64,000 nt of DNA from an uncultured Candidatus Entotheonella sp. (GCA_965217185.1 OZ244252.1:2912001-2976000); one strand, 5' to 3'; shown: positions 42,279 to 52,750, counted from the first letter of the stretch. Notes: a model not told the origin generated them from the letters alone. Translations and numbers: made by a program.

Positions 42279-42827
42279 ATGACAAGGTCCATGCAAGTCG
42301 TGTTCGCCGTCACCCTCGGGCTGTTGGTGGCACCGGCGCTACTGTGGGCGGCGGACGCCAGCCCATCGATGTTGGCGAACGCCTGCGCGCCCTGCCACGG
42401 CACGGACGGCAAGAGCCCCGACGCCATCCCGGCACTGTCCGGCAAATCCGCCGACTACATCGTCCAGCGCATGCTCGAATTCAAAGCCGGCGCCCGTGAA
42501 GGCACGGTGATGAACCGTATCGCCAAGGGCTACAGCGATACCGAAATCGCCGCCGTGGCGCAGCACTTTGCCGCTCTGGGGCAGACTGCCGCGGCCGGCA
42601 GGGTGACGCCGTCGGCGCTGGCCGACGCCTGCGCTGCCTGCCACGGCACGGACGGCATGAGTCCCGGCGCCATTCCGGCACTGTCCGGCAAGTCCGCCGG
42701 CTACATCGCCCGGCGCATGCACGAATTCAGGGCCGACGTCCGCGAGGGCACGGTGATGAACCGCATCGCCAAAGGCTATGACAACGACGAAATCGCCGCC
42801 ATCGCGCAACACTTGGGGAATCAATAA
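42279..42827 (+). CDS. fccA: Diheme cytochrome c subunit of flavocytochrome c sulfide dehydrogenase
   Basis: Signal peptide; CAPCHGTDG and CAACHGTDG, each followed by TVMNRIAKGY; upstream of fccB. Confidence 0.88.
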   Translation: MTRSMQVVFAVTLGLLVAPALLWAADASPSMLANACAPCHGTDGKSPDAIPALSGKSADYIVQRMLEFKAGAREGTVMNRIAKGYSDTEIAAVAQHFAALGQTAAAGRVTPSALADACAACHGTDGMSPGAIPALSGKSAGYIARRMHEFRADVREGTVMNRIAKGYDNDEIAAIAQHLGNQ

Positions 42828-42839
42828 GAGAGGGGACCG

Positions 42840-44129
42840 ATGACGCCCATTGCACGTAGACATTTCATCCAGTTGATCGGAAGTGCCGGCGCCTTCTCGG
42901 CGGCAGGCGTTGCGGGGTTTCCGGCCCTCAGCCGGGCGGCCACCGGCCGGGTGGTGGTGATCGGCGGCGGTTTCGGCGGCGCCACCTGCGCGAAATACCT
43001 GCGGCGCGCCGACCCGGGCATCGAGGTGACCCTCGTCGAGCGCAGTTCCCATTTCATGACCTGTCCGTTCAGCAATACGGTTCTGGGCGGCTTGACCGGC
43101 ATGGACTTCATCACCCACGGCTACGACCGGTTGAGCAGCCGTCACGGGGTGACCGTCATCCACGATACCGCGAGCGGCATCGACCCGGCACAACGCAAGG
43201 TGTCGCTGCAGAACGGTAGCGACCTGTCTTACGACCGTCTGGTGGTGTCGCCGGGCATCCAGTTGTTGTGGGGCGCCCTGGAAGGGTACGACGAGCAGGC
43301 GTCGCAAGCCATGCCGCACGCCTGGCAGGCGGGACCGCAGACCACCCTGCTGCGCCAGCAGCTCGAAGCCATGCCCGACGGCGGCACGGTGGTCATTGCG
43401 CCGCCGGCCAATCCGTTCCGCTGCCCGCCCGGCCCCTATGAGCGCGCCAGCCTGATCGCCTACTACCTCAAAACGCACAAGCCAAAGTCGAAAATCATCA
43501 TCCTCGACGCCAAGGAAAAGTTCTCCAAACAGCCACTGTTCATGGAAGGCTGGGAACAACGCTATCCCGGCATGATCGAGTGGCGCGCCGGGTCGGCCGG
43601 CGGCAGCGTCGTCAAGGTAGACGCCGCCACGAAGACCCTGGAGACGGATTTCGGCCAAGTGCGCGGCGACGTGGTCAACGTCATTCCGCCACAATCGGCG
43701 GGCCGCATTGCGGTGCAGGCCGGCCTGACCAACGATGCTGGTTGGTGTCCGGTGGACCAAGGTACCTTCGAGTCCGCCATTCATCCGGGCATCCACGTCA
43801 TCGGCGACGCCTGCATTGCCGGCAAGATGCCGAAATCCGGCTACAGCGCCAACAGCCAGGCCAAGGCATGCGCCGCCGCGGTGGCCGCCATGCTGCGCGG
43901 CGAGTCGCCCGGCACCGTGTCGTTCATCAACACCTGCTACAGCCTGGTGGCACCCGATTACGGCATCTCGGTGGCAGCCGTCTACCGCCTCGCCGACGAC
44001 GGCACCATCAAGGGCGTTGAAGGCGCCGGCGGCGTCAGCCCCAAGGGCGCCTCGGCCGACTTCCGCAAGCGCGAGGCCGAATACACCGTCGGCTGGTACA
44101 GGAGCATCACCGCCGACATTTTCGGATAG
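42840..44129 (+). CDS. fccB: Flavocytochrome c sulfide dehydrogenase flavoprotein
   Basis: Tat signal [43 protein letters not shown] and NTCYS. Confidence 0.93.
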   Translation: MTPIARRHFIQLIGSAGAFSAAGVAGFPALSRAATGRVVVIGGGFGGATCAKYLRRADPGIEVTLVERSSHFMTCPFSNTVLGGLTGMDFITHGYDRLSSRHGVTVIHDTASGIDPAQRKVSLQNGSDLSYDRLVVSPGIQLLWGALEGYDEQASQAMPHAWQAGPQTTLLRQQLEAMPDGGTVVIAPPANPFRCPPGPYERASLIAYYLKTHKPKSKIIILDAKEKFSKQPLFMEGWEQRYPGMIEWRAGSAGGSVVKVDAATKTLETDFGQVRGDVVNVIPPQSAGRIAVQAGLTNDAGWCPVDQGTFESAIHPGIHVIGDACIAGKMPKSGYSANSQAKACAAAVAAMLRGESPGTVSFINTCYSLVAPDYGISVAAVYRLADDGTIKGVEGAGGVSPKGASADFRKREAEYTVGWYRSITADIFG

Positions 44130-44210
44130 ATAACTTCTACTCGCGGCGGACCCCACGGACCTCAGCCGGAGCATTTGGGCTGACGCAGACTGCTCGGCAG
44201 GTTTACGGAC

Positions 44211-44250
44211 AAAAGACCCTCAGCCTTTCGTTCAAGGCTGAGGGTCTTTT
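44211..44250. terminator. Intrinsic terminator after fccB
   Basis: aaaagaccctcagcctt-tcgttc-aaggctgagggtctttt. Confidence 0.88.
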
Positions 44251-44347
44251 GGTGGTGCTTCCGTTCCGATAAGCCGCGATTTACCCGGGGTCAAGTGTGA
44301 AACGATCGTATGTAGCCAAAACGTAACTATCCAAGAGGTGTGATGAA

Positions 44348-44614
44348 ATGAACGAAATGGAATTCCGCCAGCGGGCTGCCGAGCTCGGTTATGGAGAACC
44401 ACAGGTCAAGGACTATCCCCCGAACGCCACCAGCGATTTGCACGCGCACGACTTCTCCGCCTTCGCGATGGTTGCTGATGGCGAATTCACCCTGGGGTTT
44501 GAGGACGGCGACACCACCTATCGTCCAGGGGACTCCTGCGAGGTTGCGGCCGGTACGCGCCACGCCGAAAAATCGGGTCCAGCCGGCGCGACGGTGTGGT
44601 TCGCAACCAGATGA
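44348..44614 (+). CDS. Small cupin-domain protein
   Basis: DLHAHDF..V.DGEFTL..Y.PGD..V.AG..HAE..G..GA. Confidence 0.8.
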   Translation: MNEMEFRQRAAELGYGEPQVKDYPPNATSDLHAHDFSAFAMVADGEFTLGFEDGDTTYRPGDSCEVAAGTRHAEKSGPAGATVWFATR

Positions 44615-44671
44615 CAAGGGACTAAATCCTGTCTGAAGGAGCAGTTGCAGGCCCTTCTCGCGAGAAAGCAC

Positions 44672-45526
44672 TCAGGTCCTCTCTTCGCCGAAGAAGGTCA
44701 GCAACTGCTCAACGACCCATTCCGGACGCTCTTCCGGAATCCAGTGGCCGCAATCCTCGACAACGCCGCCGCTGACATTTTCGGCGATGCGGCGCCATGA
44801 CTCGATCGCCAACGCGCCGCGCCCACGCCCGAGCGCGCCCCCATAGCAGAGAACCGGCATTTCCAGCTTGCCTTCCGACAGGAACGCCTGGTTGTCGGCA
44901 ACGTCCTGCGGCGTCGCACGATACAGGCTGAAGCCAGCCCGCATGGCGCCCGGTTGCCGGTAGGCGCGCAGGTATTCGCGTTCCGCCTCGGCTGAAATGG
45001 CATCGGGGCGTCCACCCCAATTCCGGTAGAAAAAACCGAGATAAACGTCCTCGCGCCCTGCCGTCAAAGCCTCCGGAAAATCCAGTTCCCAGTGCAGGCC
45101 ATGATGCCACCGATTGGCAAACATCACGGGGGTTCCGTCGCCCGGCACGGGAACATCGAAAATTGCCAGGCGCTTGACTGCGTCGCGGTGCTGCGCGGCG
45201 ATTGCGAACGCTGTCGGCCCGCCCCAATCGTGGCCCACGACGAACAGTTCATCCTCGCCAAGAACGTCATGAACCAGGCGCCAGACATCCTGCGCGAGCG
45301 TCTTCTTGTCGTAGCCCCCCACGGGACGCGAAGAGTCGCCCAGGCCGCGCAAGTCCGGAGCGATGACGCGATAGCGCCCGGCAAGTCCGGGGATCACGTC
45401 GCGCCACATGTACCAGGTCTGCGGCCAGCCATGCAGCAGGACCACCGCGGGCCCGCGGCCTGCCGTCACGTAGTGGAGTCGCACGTCACCCAGGTCGGCG
45501 TAAGCATGTTGAAACATTTCGGTCAT
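44672..45526 (-). CDS. Alpha/beta hydrolase (epoxide hydrolase/haloacetate dehalogenase-like)
   Basis: LLHGWPQ, PDLRGLG.S, GHDWGG (Asp nucleophile) and GHWIPEE. Confidence 0.9.
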   Translation of the reverse strand: MTEMFQHAYADLGDVRLHYVTAGRGPAVVLLHGWPQTWYMWRDVIPGLAGRYRVIAPDLRGLGDSSRPVGGYDKKTLAQDVWRLVHDVLGEDELFVVGHDWGGPTAFAIAAQHRDAVKRLAIFDVPVPGDGTPVMFANRWHHGLHWELDFPEALTAGREDVYLGFFYRNWGGRPDAISAEAEREYLRAYRQPGAMRAGFSLYRATPQDVADNQAFLSEGKLEMPVLCYGGALGRGRGALAIESWRRIAENVSGGVVEDCGHWIPEERPEWVVEQLLTFFGEERT

Positions 45527-45595
45527 TGAGCACCCTCACGGATTTCGGGGCAGCCGGATCAACAGAATCGTGCGGCATACCTCGCGTGGCGTGGC

Positions 45596-46612
45596 TCAGC
45601 TATTGAGCGCGGCAGGGCGCACGGGGAGCCCGGCGCGCACGTCGCCGTTCACCACTGACATGGGCCACTGGCCGCTCAACAGGCGCGCCGTCTCCTGACC
45701 CACCTGCATCTGCACCGCCACCCGCGAGTTGTCCGACGTGCCCGCCGAATGCGGCGTCACCGTCACGTTGTCGAAGCGCAGCAGCGGATTGTCGCCAGGC
45801 GTCGGCTCCACCTCGAACACGTCGATGCCGGCGCCGGCAATCTCGCCGTCCTCCAGCGCCTTGATCAGCGCCGCCTCATCCACGGTCGGCCCGCGGCAGG
45901 TGTTGATGAAATAGGCCGTCGGCTTCATGGCCTTGAAAAACGCCGTGCTCACCAGCTTGCGGGTCTCGTCGTTCAGCGGCGTGTGCATGGAAACGAAGTC
46001 CGAACGCCGCGCCAACGCCTCCAGCGACGGCACCATCTCGACGCGGTATTCCTTGGCTACCCACGGCTGCACGTACGGGTCGTAGGCGATCACCTCCAGG
46101 CCGAACACCTTGGCCTTGCGCGCCGTTGCCCGCGCGATGTTGCCAAAGGCCACCAGGCCGAGGGTCTGGCCGTCAACCGGCGCCATCGGCGTGATCTCCA
46201 GGCGGGTGCGGGCGTCCCACTGACCCGTCTTCACCAGTTGGTCGAGATGGGTCAGCTTCTTGGCGCAGGCCAGTAACAGCATGAGGGTGTGATTGGACAC
46301 CTCCTCGGTGCAAAATCCGGCGGAGTTGACCACCATGACGCCCTGCTCGGTGGCGGCGTTGTGGTCGATGTGGTTGAAGCCGTGGCCGAAGCTGACGATG
46401 GCCTGGGCGGCGTCGATTTCCTGGATGACCTCACGCGGCATCGGCACGCCCTGGTCGATGATCACGTCGGCGCCCTTGATGGCTTCGATAGCCTCGCCGG
46501 GGCTGCTGCACACGTACGTCTCCAAGTCGTAATCCTGTCCTTGCAACTGCTGTTCGATGATCTCGGTGTTCGGCTCCGTCCGCGAAATCATGGCAATTCT
46601 CGGCCTTGGCAT
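45596..46612 (-). CDS. D-isomer 2-hydroxyacid dehydrogenase (CtBP-like)
   Basis: GLVAFGNIAR, HTPLNDET, INTCRG, DVFEVEP and TPHSA. Confidence 0.9.
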   Translation of the reverse strand: MPRPRIAMISRTEPNTEIIEQQLQGQDYDLETYVCSSPGEAIEAIKGADVIIDQGVPMPREVIQEIDAAQAIVSFGHGFNHIDHNAATEQGVMVVNSAGFCTEEVSNHTLMLLLACAKKLTHLDQLVKTGQWDARTRLEITPMAPVDGQTLGLVAFGNIARATARKAKVFGLEVIAYDPYVQPWVAKEYRVEMVPSLEALARRSDFVSMHTPLNDETRKLVSTAFFKAMKPTAYFINTCRGPTVDEAALIKALEDGEIAGAGIDVFEVEPTPGDNPLLRFDNVTVTPHSAGTSDNSRVAVQMQVGQETARLLSGQWPMSVVNGDVRAGLPVRPAALNS

Positions 46613-46799
46613 GAAAGCGTCCTCCTCTGTGTTGGGATTCGGTTGGCAAAAGTCGGAAAGGGCCACATTATACGGCAATTGCGCATGCCGTCACGGGGCC
46701 GTTGTTGATCGTCCGGGGAGGCATCGGTAGAATGGCCGCGTCCACCGAGAGGGTCGGTATGGGCTGGGGATCGTAACGCCAGGGAGCAACGACGCCGAT

Positions 46800-47690
46800 A
46801 TGACCGAAGCCACACCCAAAGCGCAGTACCGCGAATACGCCATGGAAGCGTTCGTGGTCCGCAGCGAACCGTATTACCGGCCGGTTGCCGACGAGGTCGA
46901 GTTGTTCACCGGGGCATACAACCAGCGCATCCCGGTGCTGCTGAAGGGGCCTACCGGCTGCGGCAAGACGCGGTTCGTGGAGTACATGGCGTGGAAGCTG
47001 GCCCGGCAACTGCACGTCGTGAGCGGCCAGGACACGTCACCATCCGGCGACGTACAACTGCCCCTCGTCACCATCGCCTGTCACGAAGACCTGACCGCCA
47101 GCGACCTTGTCGGGCGCTACCTGCTGGATGCCACCGGCACCCGCTGGATTGACGGCCCCATGACGCGCGCCGTCAAAACCGGTGCCATCCTCTATCTCGA
47201 CGAGGTGGTCGAGGCCCGCAAGGACACCACGGTTCTGATTCACCCCCTCACCGATCACCGACGCCTGCTGCCCGTCGAAAAACGCGGCTCCGTCATCGAA
47301 GCGGACGACCGCTTTCTGCTGTGCGTCTCCTACAACCCTCGCTATCAGAGCGCCCTCAAGGACCTCAAGCCCAGCACCCGCCAGCGCTTTATCGCCATCG
47401 AGTTCGACTACCCGCCGCCGCACATCGAGGCCGACATCATCCAGCGCGAAAGCGGTTGCAGCGCCGCCAGGGCCGAAACCCTGGCGCGGCTTGGCGTCAA
47501 GGTGCGCAACCTGCGTGAGCACGGCCTGCAGGAAGGCGCCAGCACCCGCCTGCTGATCTACGCCGCCCGCCTCATGAACGAGGGGCTACCCGCCCGCCGC
47601 GCCTGCCAGGTGGCGCTGGTGTGGAGCCTGACCGACGACGCCGAGTTGCAACAAAGCATCGCCGAAGTCGTCGGCGCCGTCGTCGAGTAG
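46800..47690 (+). CDS. CbbQ/NirQ/NorQ-family AAA+ ATPase
   Basis: PYYRPVADEV, LKGPTGCGKTRFVE, ACHEDLTASDLVGR, LDEVVEARKDT, KDLKPSTRQRF and GASTRLLIY. Confidence 0.93.
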   Translation: MTEATPKAQYREYAMEAFVVRSEPYYRPVADEVELFTGAYNQRIPVLLKGPTGCGKTRFVEYMAWKLARQLHVVSGQDTSPSGDVQLPLVTIACHEDLTASDLVGRYLLDATGTRWIDGPMTRAVKTGAILYLDEVVEARKDTTVLIHPLTDHRRLLPVEKRGSVIEADDRFLLCVSYNPRYQSALKDLKPSTRQRFIAIEFDYPPPHIEADIIQRESGCSAARAETLARLGVKVRNLREHGLQEGASTRLLIYAARLMNEGLPARRACQVALVWSLTDDAELQQSIAEVVGAVVE

Positions 47691-47698
47691 GGGCCGCC

Positions 47699-49591
47699 GT
47701 GCAAGTTGACCTACAGGATGTGCAAGGCGTCCTTCACCTCTACTGCCTGTCCCTCGCCGGCACCGACATTCAAATTGTCGACGCCACCGACGCGCCCCGG
47801 ACGCCCGGCGGCCCGACCGTTTGCCTGCCGCCCGTAACGGTGCGATACGCCGACCGGCAGGACAACTTCCACTGGCTCAAGGTCATGGCGACGCATCAGG
47901 TCGCGCACCTGGAGTTCGGCGGCACGGGCGTCGTGAAGCTTCTCGGCCGAATTCCACGTCCGCGCTTCGCTTACGACCTCTTCAGCATTCTCGAAGAAGG
48001 CCGTCTGGATGCTCGCATCGCGTTCGCATACCCTGGCCTGCGGCGGGCGCTGCAGCGCGCTCAGGCGGAAGCGCTGGACAGCCGCAGAAGTCTTGATACC
48101 GCGTCGCCGGTCACCGCCATGCTGGAATTGCTGGTCCGCATGGGGCTTGGCGCTTTCACCGGCTTGCCCGTGCCGCTGGGGTGCGAATCGGTCGTCCAAG
48201 AACTCGCCTCGATTATCCGCGCCCTGCACGGTCCGCAGAGCACGGTGCAGGATACGGCTGAGGCCGCCGTACGGGCCTGCGACGTTCTGTTCGGCCTGCT
48301 GGAAGACTGCGACGGCAGCTACGAGACACCCGACCCCGTGGATTACCGCGGCGCCTGCCAAGCGCCCTTTTTTCGCTTTGACGCCCAGGGTGAGCAGCTA
48401 TCGGAGACCCCGGCAGAGCCATCCGAACAGCCGGAAACACCGGCGATGACGATGACCGTCAACGTCGAATTGGCACCGGACGCCGGGCAGCGAGGCCAGC
48501 CCTTCGGCGCCTCCACGCTGCTGCCGCAGTTCCTGCAACAGCTTGACGGCCCACCCGCGGCCCCGTCGCCCGGTCCCGGGGCGCCGCTGCACGAAGAAGA
48601 CGACGAAGCCCTGAAGCCGCGAGAACCCGGCACGTTTGTTTATGACGAGTGGGACTTCCAGGCACGGTCCTACAAACCCCGCTGGTGTCTCGTGAAGGAA
48701 CACACGCTCGACGAAGGCGATCCCGACTGCTTCAACGAGGCGCTGCGGCGCCACAGCGCCCTGCTGGACGACGTGAAACGCCAGTTCGAGGCTATTCTGC
48801 CGGAGGGTTTCGGCAAGACCACCCGCCTCACCGACGGTGAGGACCTCGATCTTAACGCCGCCCTGGAAGCCTTCGCCGATCTGCGCATGCGGGTGCCGCC
48901 GGACGACAAAATCTACTGGCGCCGCCACAAGGTGCGCCGCGACGTGGCTGTTCTGTTCCTCCTCGACATGAGCGCCTCGACCGCCGAACCGCTCCACATC
49001 GACGACCCCGGCCGGCCCGAACCCACGGTACCCGGCCCGCGAGGCGCCGCAGGCCGCTCCAAGCGCCGCATCATCGACCTGGAAAAGGACAGCATCGCCC
49101 TTCTCATGCAGGCGCTCGACGCCATCGGCGACACCTACGGCATTTACGGCTTTTCGGGCTATGGGCGCGACGGGGTGGATTTCTACGTCATCAAGGACCT
49201 GGCCGAGCGCTTCGACAACCGCATCAAACGCCGCCTCGACCGCGTGACACCGCGCCACGCCACCCGCATGGGGGCGGCTATCCGCCACGCCGTCAGCAAG
49301 CTGGCGCCGCAAGCCGCGGCCACCAAAATCCTTCTGCTGCTGAGCGACGGCCGCCCCCAGGACCGCGGCTACAGCCGCCAGGGCACCGAGAAAGCCTACG
49401 CCGTTCACGATACCCACATGGCCCTCATCGAGTCCCGCGCGCAGGGCATCACTCCGTTCTGCCTCACCGTCGACAAAGCCGGCCACGATTACCTGCAAGC
49501 CATGTGCGGCGATATCGGCTACGAGGTGCTGGACGACATCGCCACGCTACCCGCCCGCCTGCCTATGCTGTACCACGCGCTTACCAGCTGA
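47699..49591 (+). CDS. CbbO/NorD-family VWA-domain adaptor
   Basis: YDEWDF, DGEDLDL.A, LLDMSAST (MIDAS), TRMGAAIRHA, LLSDGRPQD and PFCLTVD. Confidence 0.9.
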   Translation: MQVDLQDVQGVLHLYCLSLAGTDIQIVDATDAPRTPGGPTVCLPPVTVRYADRQDNFHWLKVMATHQVAHLEFGGTGVVKLLGRIPRPRFAYDLFSILEEGRLDARIAFAYPGLRRALQRAQAEALDSRRSLDTASPVTAMLELLVRMGLGAFTGLPVPLGCESVVQELASIIRALHGPQSTVQDTAEAAVRACDVLFGLLEDCDGSYETPDPVDYRGACQAPFFRFDAQGEQLSETPAEPSEQPETPAMTMTVNVELAPDAGQRGQPFGASTLLPQFLQQLDGPPAAPSPGPGAPLHEEDDEALKPREPGTFVYDEWDFQARSYKPRWCLVKEHTLDEGDPDCFNEALRRHSALLDDVKRQFEAILPEGFGKTTRLTDGEDLDLNAALEAFADLRMRVPPDDKIYWRRHKVRRDVAVLFLLDMSASTAEPLHIDDPGRPEPTVPGPRGAAGRSKRRIIDLEKDSIALLMQALDAIGDTYGIYGFSGYGRDGVDFYVIKDLAERFDNRIKRRLDRVTPRHATRMGAAIRHAVSKLAPQAAATKILLLLSDGRPQDRGYSRQGTEKAYAVHDTHMALIESRAQGITPFCLTVDKAGHDYLQAMCGDIGYEVLDDIATLPARLPMLYHALTS

Positions 49592-49744
49592 GGAGGATGT
49601 TATGAGTCCATGCCTCCCCTGTTTACTTCCCTGTCCGTGAATAGCAGATTGCCTCGGCAGCCATTCGGGCTTTCACCAAGCACTTCTACAACTACGACTG
49701 GTACGCGCCGGGCGGCGTGGCCGTGCAATTCTTTACAACACCTC

Positions 49745-50752
49745 TTACCGCTGTGCTGGAATCGCCACCGGCCGGATCGGCGATCCGGTTGCGCCCCGCA
49801 GCTTGAGGGACGTGGCGATGAACAGGAATTCATACACCTGATCCCGTGCCAGGTCTTCCAGCCACATGACCTCGATGACCGACACCCCGCGCTCGGCAAA
49901 CAAGTAGGTGTGCACCGGCACATAGTTGTTCGGATCCGTCGAGGGGAAGGCCTCGATGCCGAAATTGTCCGCCCCGAGGAGCATGGCCTGGTTGTCTTCC
50001 ACCAGCCACTTCGCCGCTTCCAGGGTCAGGCCGGCCTGATTTCCGAGCTGGTACTTGGAGGAATCGGGCCACAGGGTCATGAGCCCGGTGCGGAACAGGA
50101 CAACGTCGCCCGGCTGCAGCTGCGTCCCCTGTTCCCGCAGCGCCGTCTGCAAATCCGCCGCCGTGATGCCGTAGGACGCCGGCAAGTGCTGCACGCCCAT
50201 GGACTTTGCCAGATCGATGAGCACGCCCCTGGCGACGATCGGCGGGTATTTGTCGGCGCCGCCTTTGGACCATCCCTGATCGCCCAGGTGCTCGTCGGCG
50301 CTGAACCGGTTCCAGATCTTGCCGTGCAGGCCGAAGTGGTTGAGGGTGTCAAGGTGGGTGCCGCTGTGCGTGTACATGGTGACGGCGTCCCCCGAGTAGC
50401 TCACCCGTTCATTGACCTCGCGCGACACGCCGAATGGATTGGCGGCGATGGTGCCGCGCGGCGTATGCGTCATCCAGAGATGGTACTGGGGGTCGCCAAA
50501 GGCGCTGCAACAGCTCGGCATGCCCGAATACAGTTCGACGCCGAGGTCGTAGACCTTGCCGCTCATGACCTGCTTGATGATGTCCAGCCTGGACGTGTCG
50601 GTCATCATGTTCAGGGTGCCGATCTCGTCTTCGGGACCCCACGGACTTTCCGCCGCCATCCTCTCGTCGTACTGCGCCCAAGCTCCTCCAGGCGCCAGAG
50701 CCAGCACGAACCCCACTCCGATGATCCCGAGCATCGTAACCATCCGTCTCAT
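49745..50752 (-). CDS. Cyclase-family (kynurenine formamidase-like) metal hydrolase with signal peptide
   Basis: WGPEDEIGTLN, HSGTHLD, RGVLID, GDVVLFRTG and GATGSP; N-terminal hydrophobic stretch ending AWA. Confidence 0.88.
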   Translation of the reverse strand: MRRMVTMLGIIGVGFVLALAPGGAWAQYDERMAAESPWGPEDEIGTLNMMTDTSRLDIIKQVMSGKVYDLGVELYSGMPSCCSAFGDPQYHLWMTHTPRGTIAANPFGVSREVNERVSYSGDAVTMYTHSGTHLDTLNHFGLHGKIWNRFSADEHLGDQGWSKGGADKYPPIVARGVLIDLAKSMGVQHLPASYGITAADLQTALREQGTQLQPGDVVLFRTGLMTLWPDSSKYQLGNQAGLTLEAAKWLVEDNQAMLLGADNFGIEAFPSTDPNNYVPVHTYLFAERGVSVIEVMWLEDLARDQVYEFLFIATSLKLRGATGSPIRPVAIPAQR

Positions 50753-50989
50753 GGCACATCTCCTTCTTTGCTGTTACAAAGACTGGTTTGGGACACGGCA
50801 CGGAAAGGGACATTAGCCCTTTCTGTGCAGAAGGGATACGCCCGCCGCAACGGTAATGTCAAGGGTGTTTTGATCCCTCCGCAAACAACTCATGAAGGCG
50901 TCGGGGCGGTGTTCACGGGCCGCCTGTTGTACCATTGCGCCTCGTCAACATTCAGCGCAAGCTGCCGAATGAGAGGAGCGCCAGGAGCT

Positions 50990-52642
50990 GTGACGATACA
51001 TAAAGGGGAGCGGGCGAAAGAATTAGGCTGGCTACTGGCAGTGCTGGCGATGCAGGGCTTCATCCTGCTGGGGCTCTTTGCCCCCGCCGACGCGGCGCGC
51101 AAGAAGATCGTGAGGATTGCCTATGAGGAACAGGAAACCCTCGATCCGCACGTGGCGATTCTCGGGCAGACGCAGGCCAGCCTGCGAATCCTGTATCGCG
51201 GCCTCACACGCTTTGCCATCAAGGAGGTCAGGGAAACGGCGCCGGACGGCACGGAGAGCGTGAAGCAGCAGGTGACAACCGCGGAAGTCGAACCGGACTT
51301 GGCGGAGAGTTGGACAGTATCGGACGACGGCACCGTGTGGACCTTCAGGTTACGGCGGGGCGTGCCGTTCCACAAGGGCTACGGTGAAATGACCGCTGAG
51401 GACGTCAAGTACAGCTTCGAGCGCCAGATGCGGCGCGACCGCGGCATGCGCTTCGCCAAGAACCTCGACGTGATCCGGGACATCGCCATCCTCGATCCCC
51501 ACACCCTACGCATTACCCTCAAGCAGTACGATCCCGTCTTCCCCCTGCGCATGGTCGGTTACCAACAGGGCTACGTCGTCAGCAAGAAGGCGGCGCTGGC
51601 GTTTGACGACGAGTTCGGCTGGAATCCGGTCGGCACCGGTCCGTTCTACTTCCACCGCCGCCTGCCGCGCGAGAAGATCGTCTTCAAGGCGTTCGAGGAT
51701 TACCACGGCGGCCGCCCATTCGTGGACGAGATCCACTGGTTCGACGTGCCCGAAGACGCCACCAAATTGCTTGGCCTGGAAAAAGGTACCTTCGACATCG
51801 CGTTCCCGAACGTCGTCACGGCAGACCTGAAGGAGCAGGTGGCCGCCATGGGCGCCGTGCTGGACGAGCGCGGCCCGGGGCAACAGTATCGGCTTTACTT
51901 CAACGCCACCAAGCCGCCGTTCGACGATATCCGGGTCCGCAGAGCGTTCATGCACGCCATCGACCGCCAAGCCATCGTCGATACGCTGTGGCCGGACGGC
52001 CTCGGCATGCTGGCCACGAGCCCGCTGCCGCCGGGGTACTTTGGGCACCTGCCTATGGACATGCCGGCTTACGACCCCGAATTGGCGCGCCAACTGCTGG
52101 CCGAGGCGGGATACCCGGACGGCCTCGCCATCGCTGATTACTTCATCACCAAGTCATACGGCTACCCGAAGATCATGGTCATGTTTCAGGAGCAACTGAA
52201 ACGGGCCGGGGTGGACGTGCAACTGCAGTTGGTCGAACACGCCACCTACCACCAGAACATCCGCAAGAACCTGAACCCCTTCGTGCTGTACGGCGGTACC
52301 CGCCTCACCGACGGCGACGTGATGCTTGGTCTGTTCTTTCACTCCGGCGAGGCCCCGAACCCCGCCACCGGCAACAAGGGCACCAATTTCGCCCACTACC
52401 GCGGCATCGATGATCTCCTGGCGGAAGGGCGGCGCACCCGGGATCCCGAACAACGCGCCGCCCTCTACCACGAGGCGCAACGCCGCATCATGCGCGACGC
52501 GGTGTGCCTGCCGATTGTTGATATCCCCAGCCGCAGCATCCGCCACCCGGCGCGTGTCAGCTCGCCCTTCGATCCGAAGTTCGGCGAGTACACCATCCAC
52601 AATTTCTACACGTACCCGGAACTGTTTGACGTTGTTGAATGA
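50990..52642 (+). CDS. Orphan ABC transporter substrate-binding protein, family 5
   Basis: TLDPH, PDLAESW..S.DG..WTF.LRRGV.FH, AEDVKYS, PVGTGPF and VRRAF..AIDR; start approximate. Confidence 0.88.
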   Translation: MTIHKGERAKELGWLLAVLAMQGFILLGLFAPADAARKKIVRIAYEEQETLDPHVAILGQTQASLRILYRGLTRFAIKEVRETAPDGTESVKQQVTTAEVEPDLAESWTVSDDGTVWTFRLRRGVPFHKGYGEMTAEDVKYSFERQMRRDRGMRFAKNLDVIRDIAILDPHTLRITLKQYDPVFPLRMVGYQQGYVVSKKAALAFDDEFGWNPVGTGPFYFHRRLPREKIVFKAFEDYHGGRPFVDEIHWFDVPEDATKLLGLEKGTFDIAFPNVVTADLKEQVAAMGAVLDERGPGQQYRLYFNATKPPFDDIRVRRAFMHAIDRQAIVDTLWPDGLGMLATSPLPPGYFGHLPMDMPAYDPELARQLLAEAGYPDGLAIADYFITKSYGYPKIMVMFQEQLKRAGVDVQLQLVEHATYHQNIRKNLNPFVLYGGTRLTDGDVMLGLFFHSGEAPNPATGNKGTNFAHYRGIDDLLAEGRRTRDPEQRAALYHEAQRRIMRDAVCLPIVDIPSRSIRHPARVSSPFDPKFGEYTIHNFYTYPELFDVVE

Positions 52643-52665
52643 ACGCAGCGGGATGGCGGCTTCAC

Positions 52666-52750
52666 GTAGGTTGGATTGGCCGCAGGCGTAAATCGGCAGG
52701 GGAAGTGGTGCTGTGGAGTGTCGGATTACGCTTCGCTAATCCGACCTACA
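52666..52750. repeat. Inverted doublet of GTAG-family REP-like palindromes
   Basis: gtaggttggattggccgcaggcgtaaatcggca (52666-52698) and gtcggattacgcttcgctaatccgacctaca (52720-52750). Confidence 0.8.

Noticed and set aside
49610..50989. 1010-aa ORF 49610..52642 as one giant protein
   Set aside because: The first ~460 codons are the antisense shadow of the cyclase gene; only the part from ~50990 has SBP motifs.
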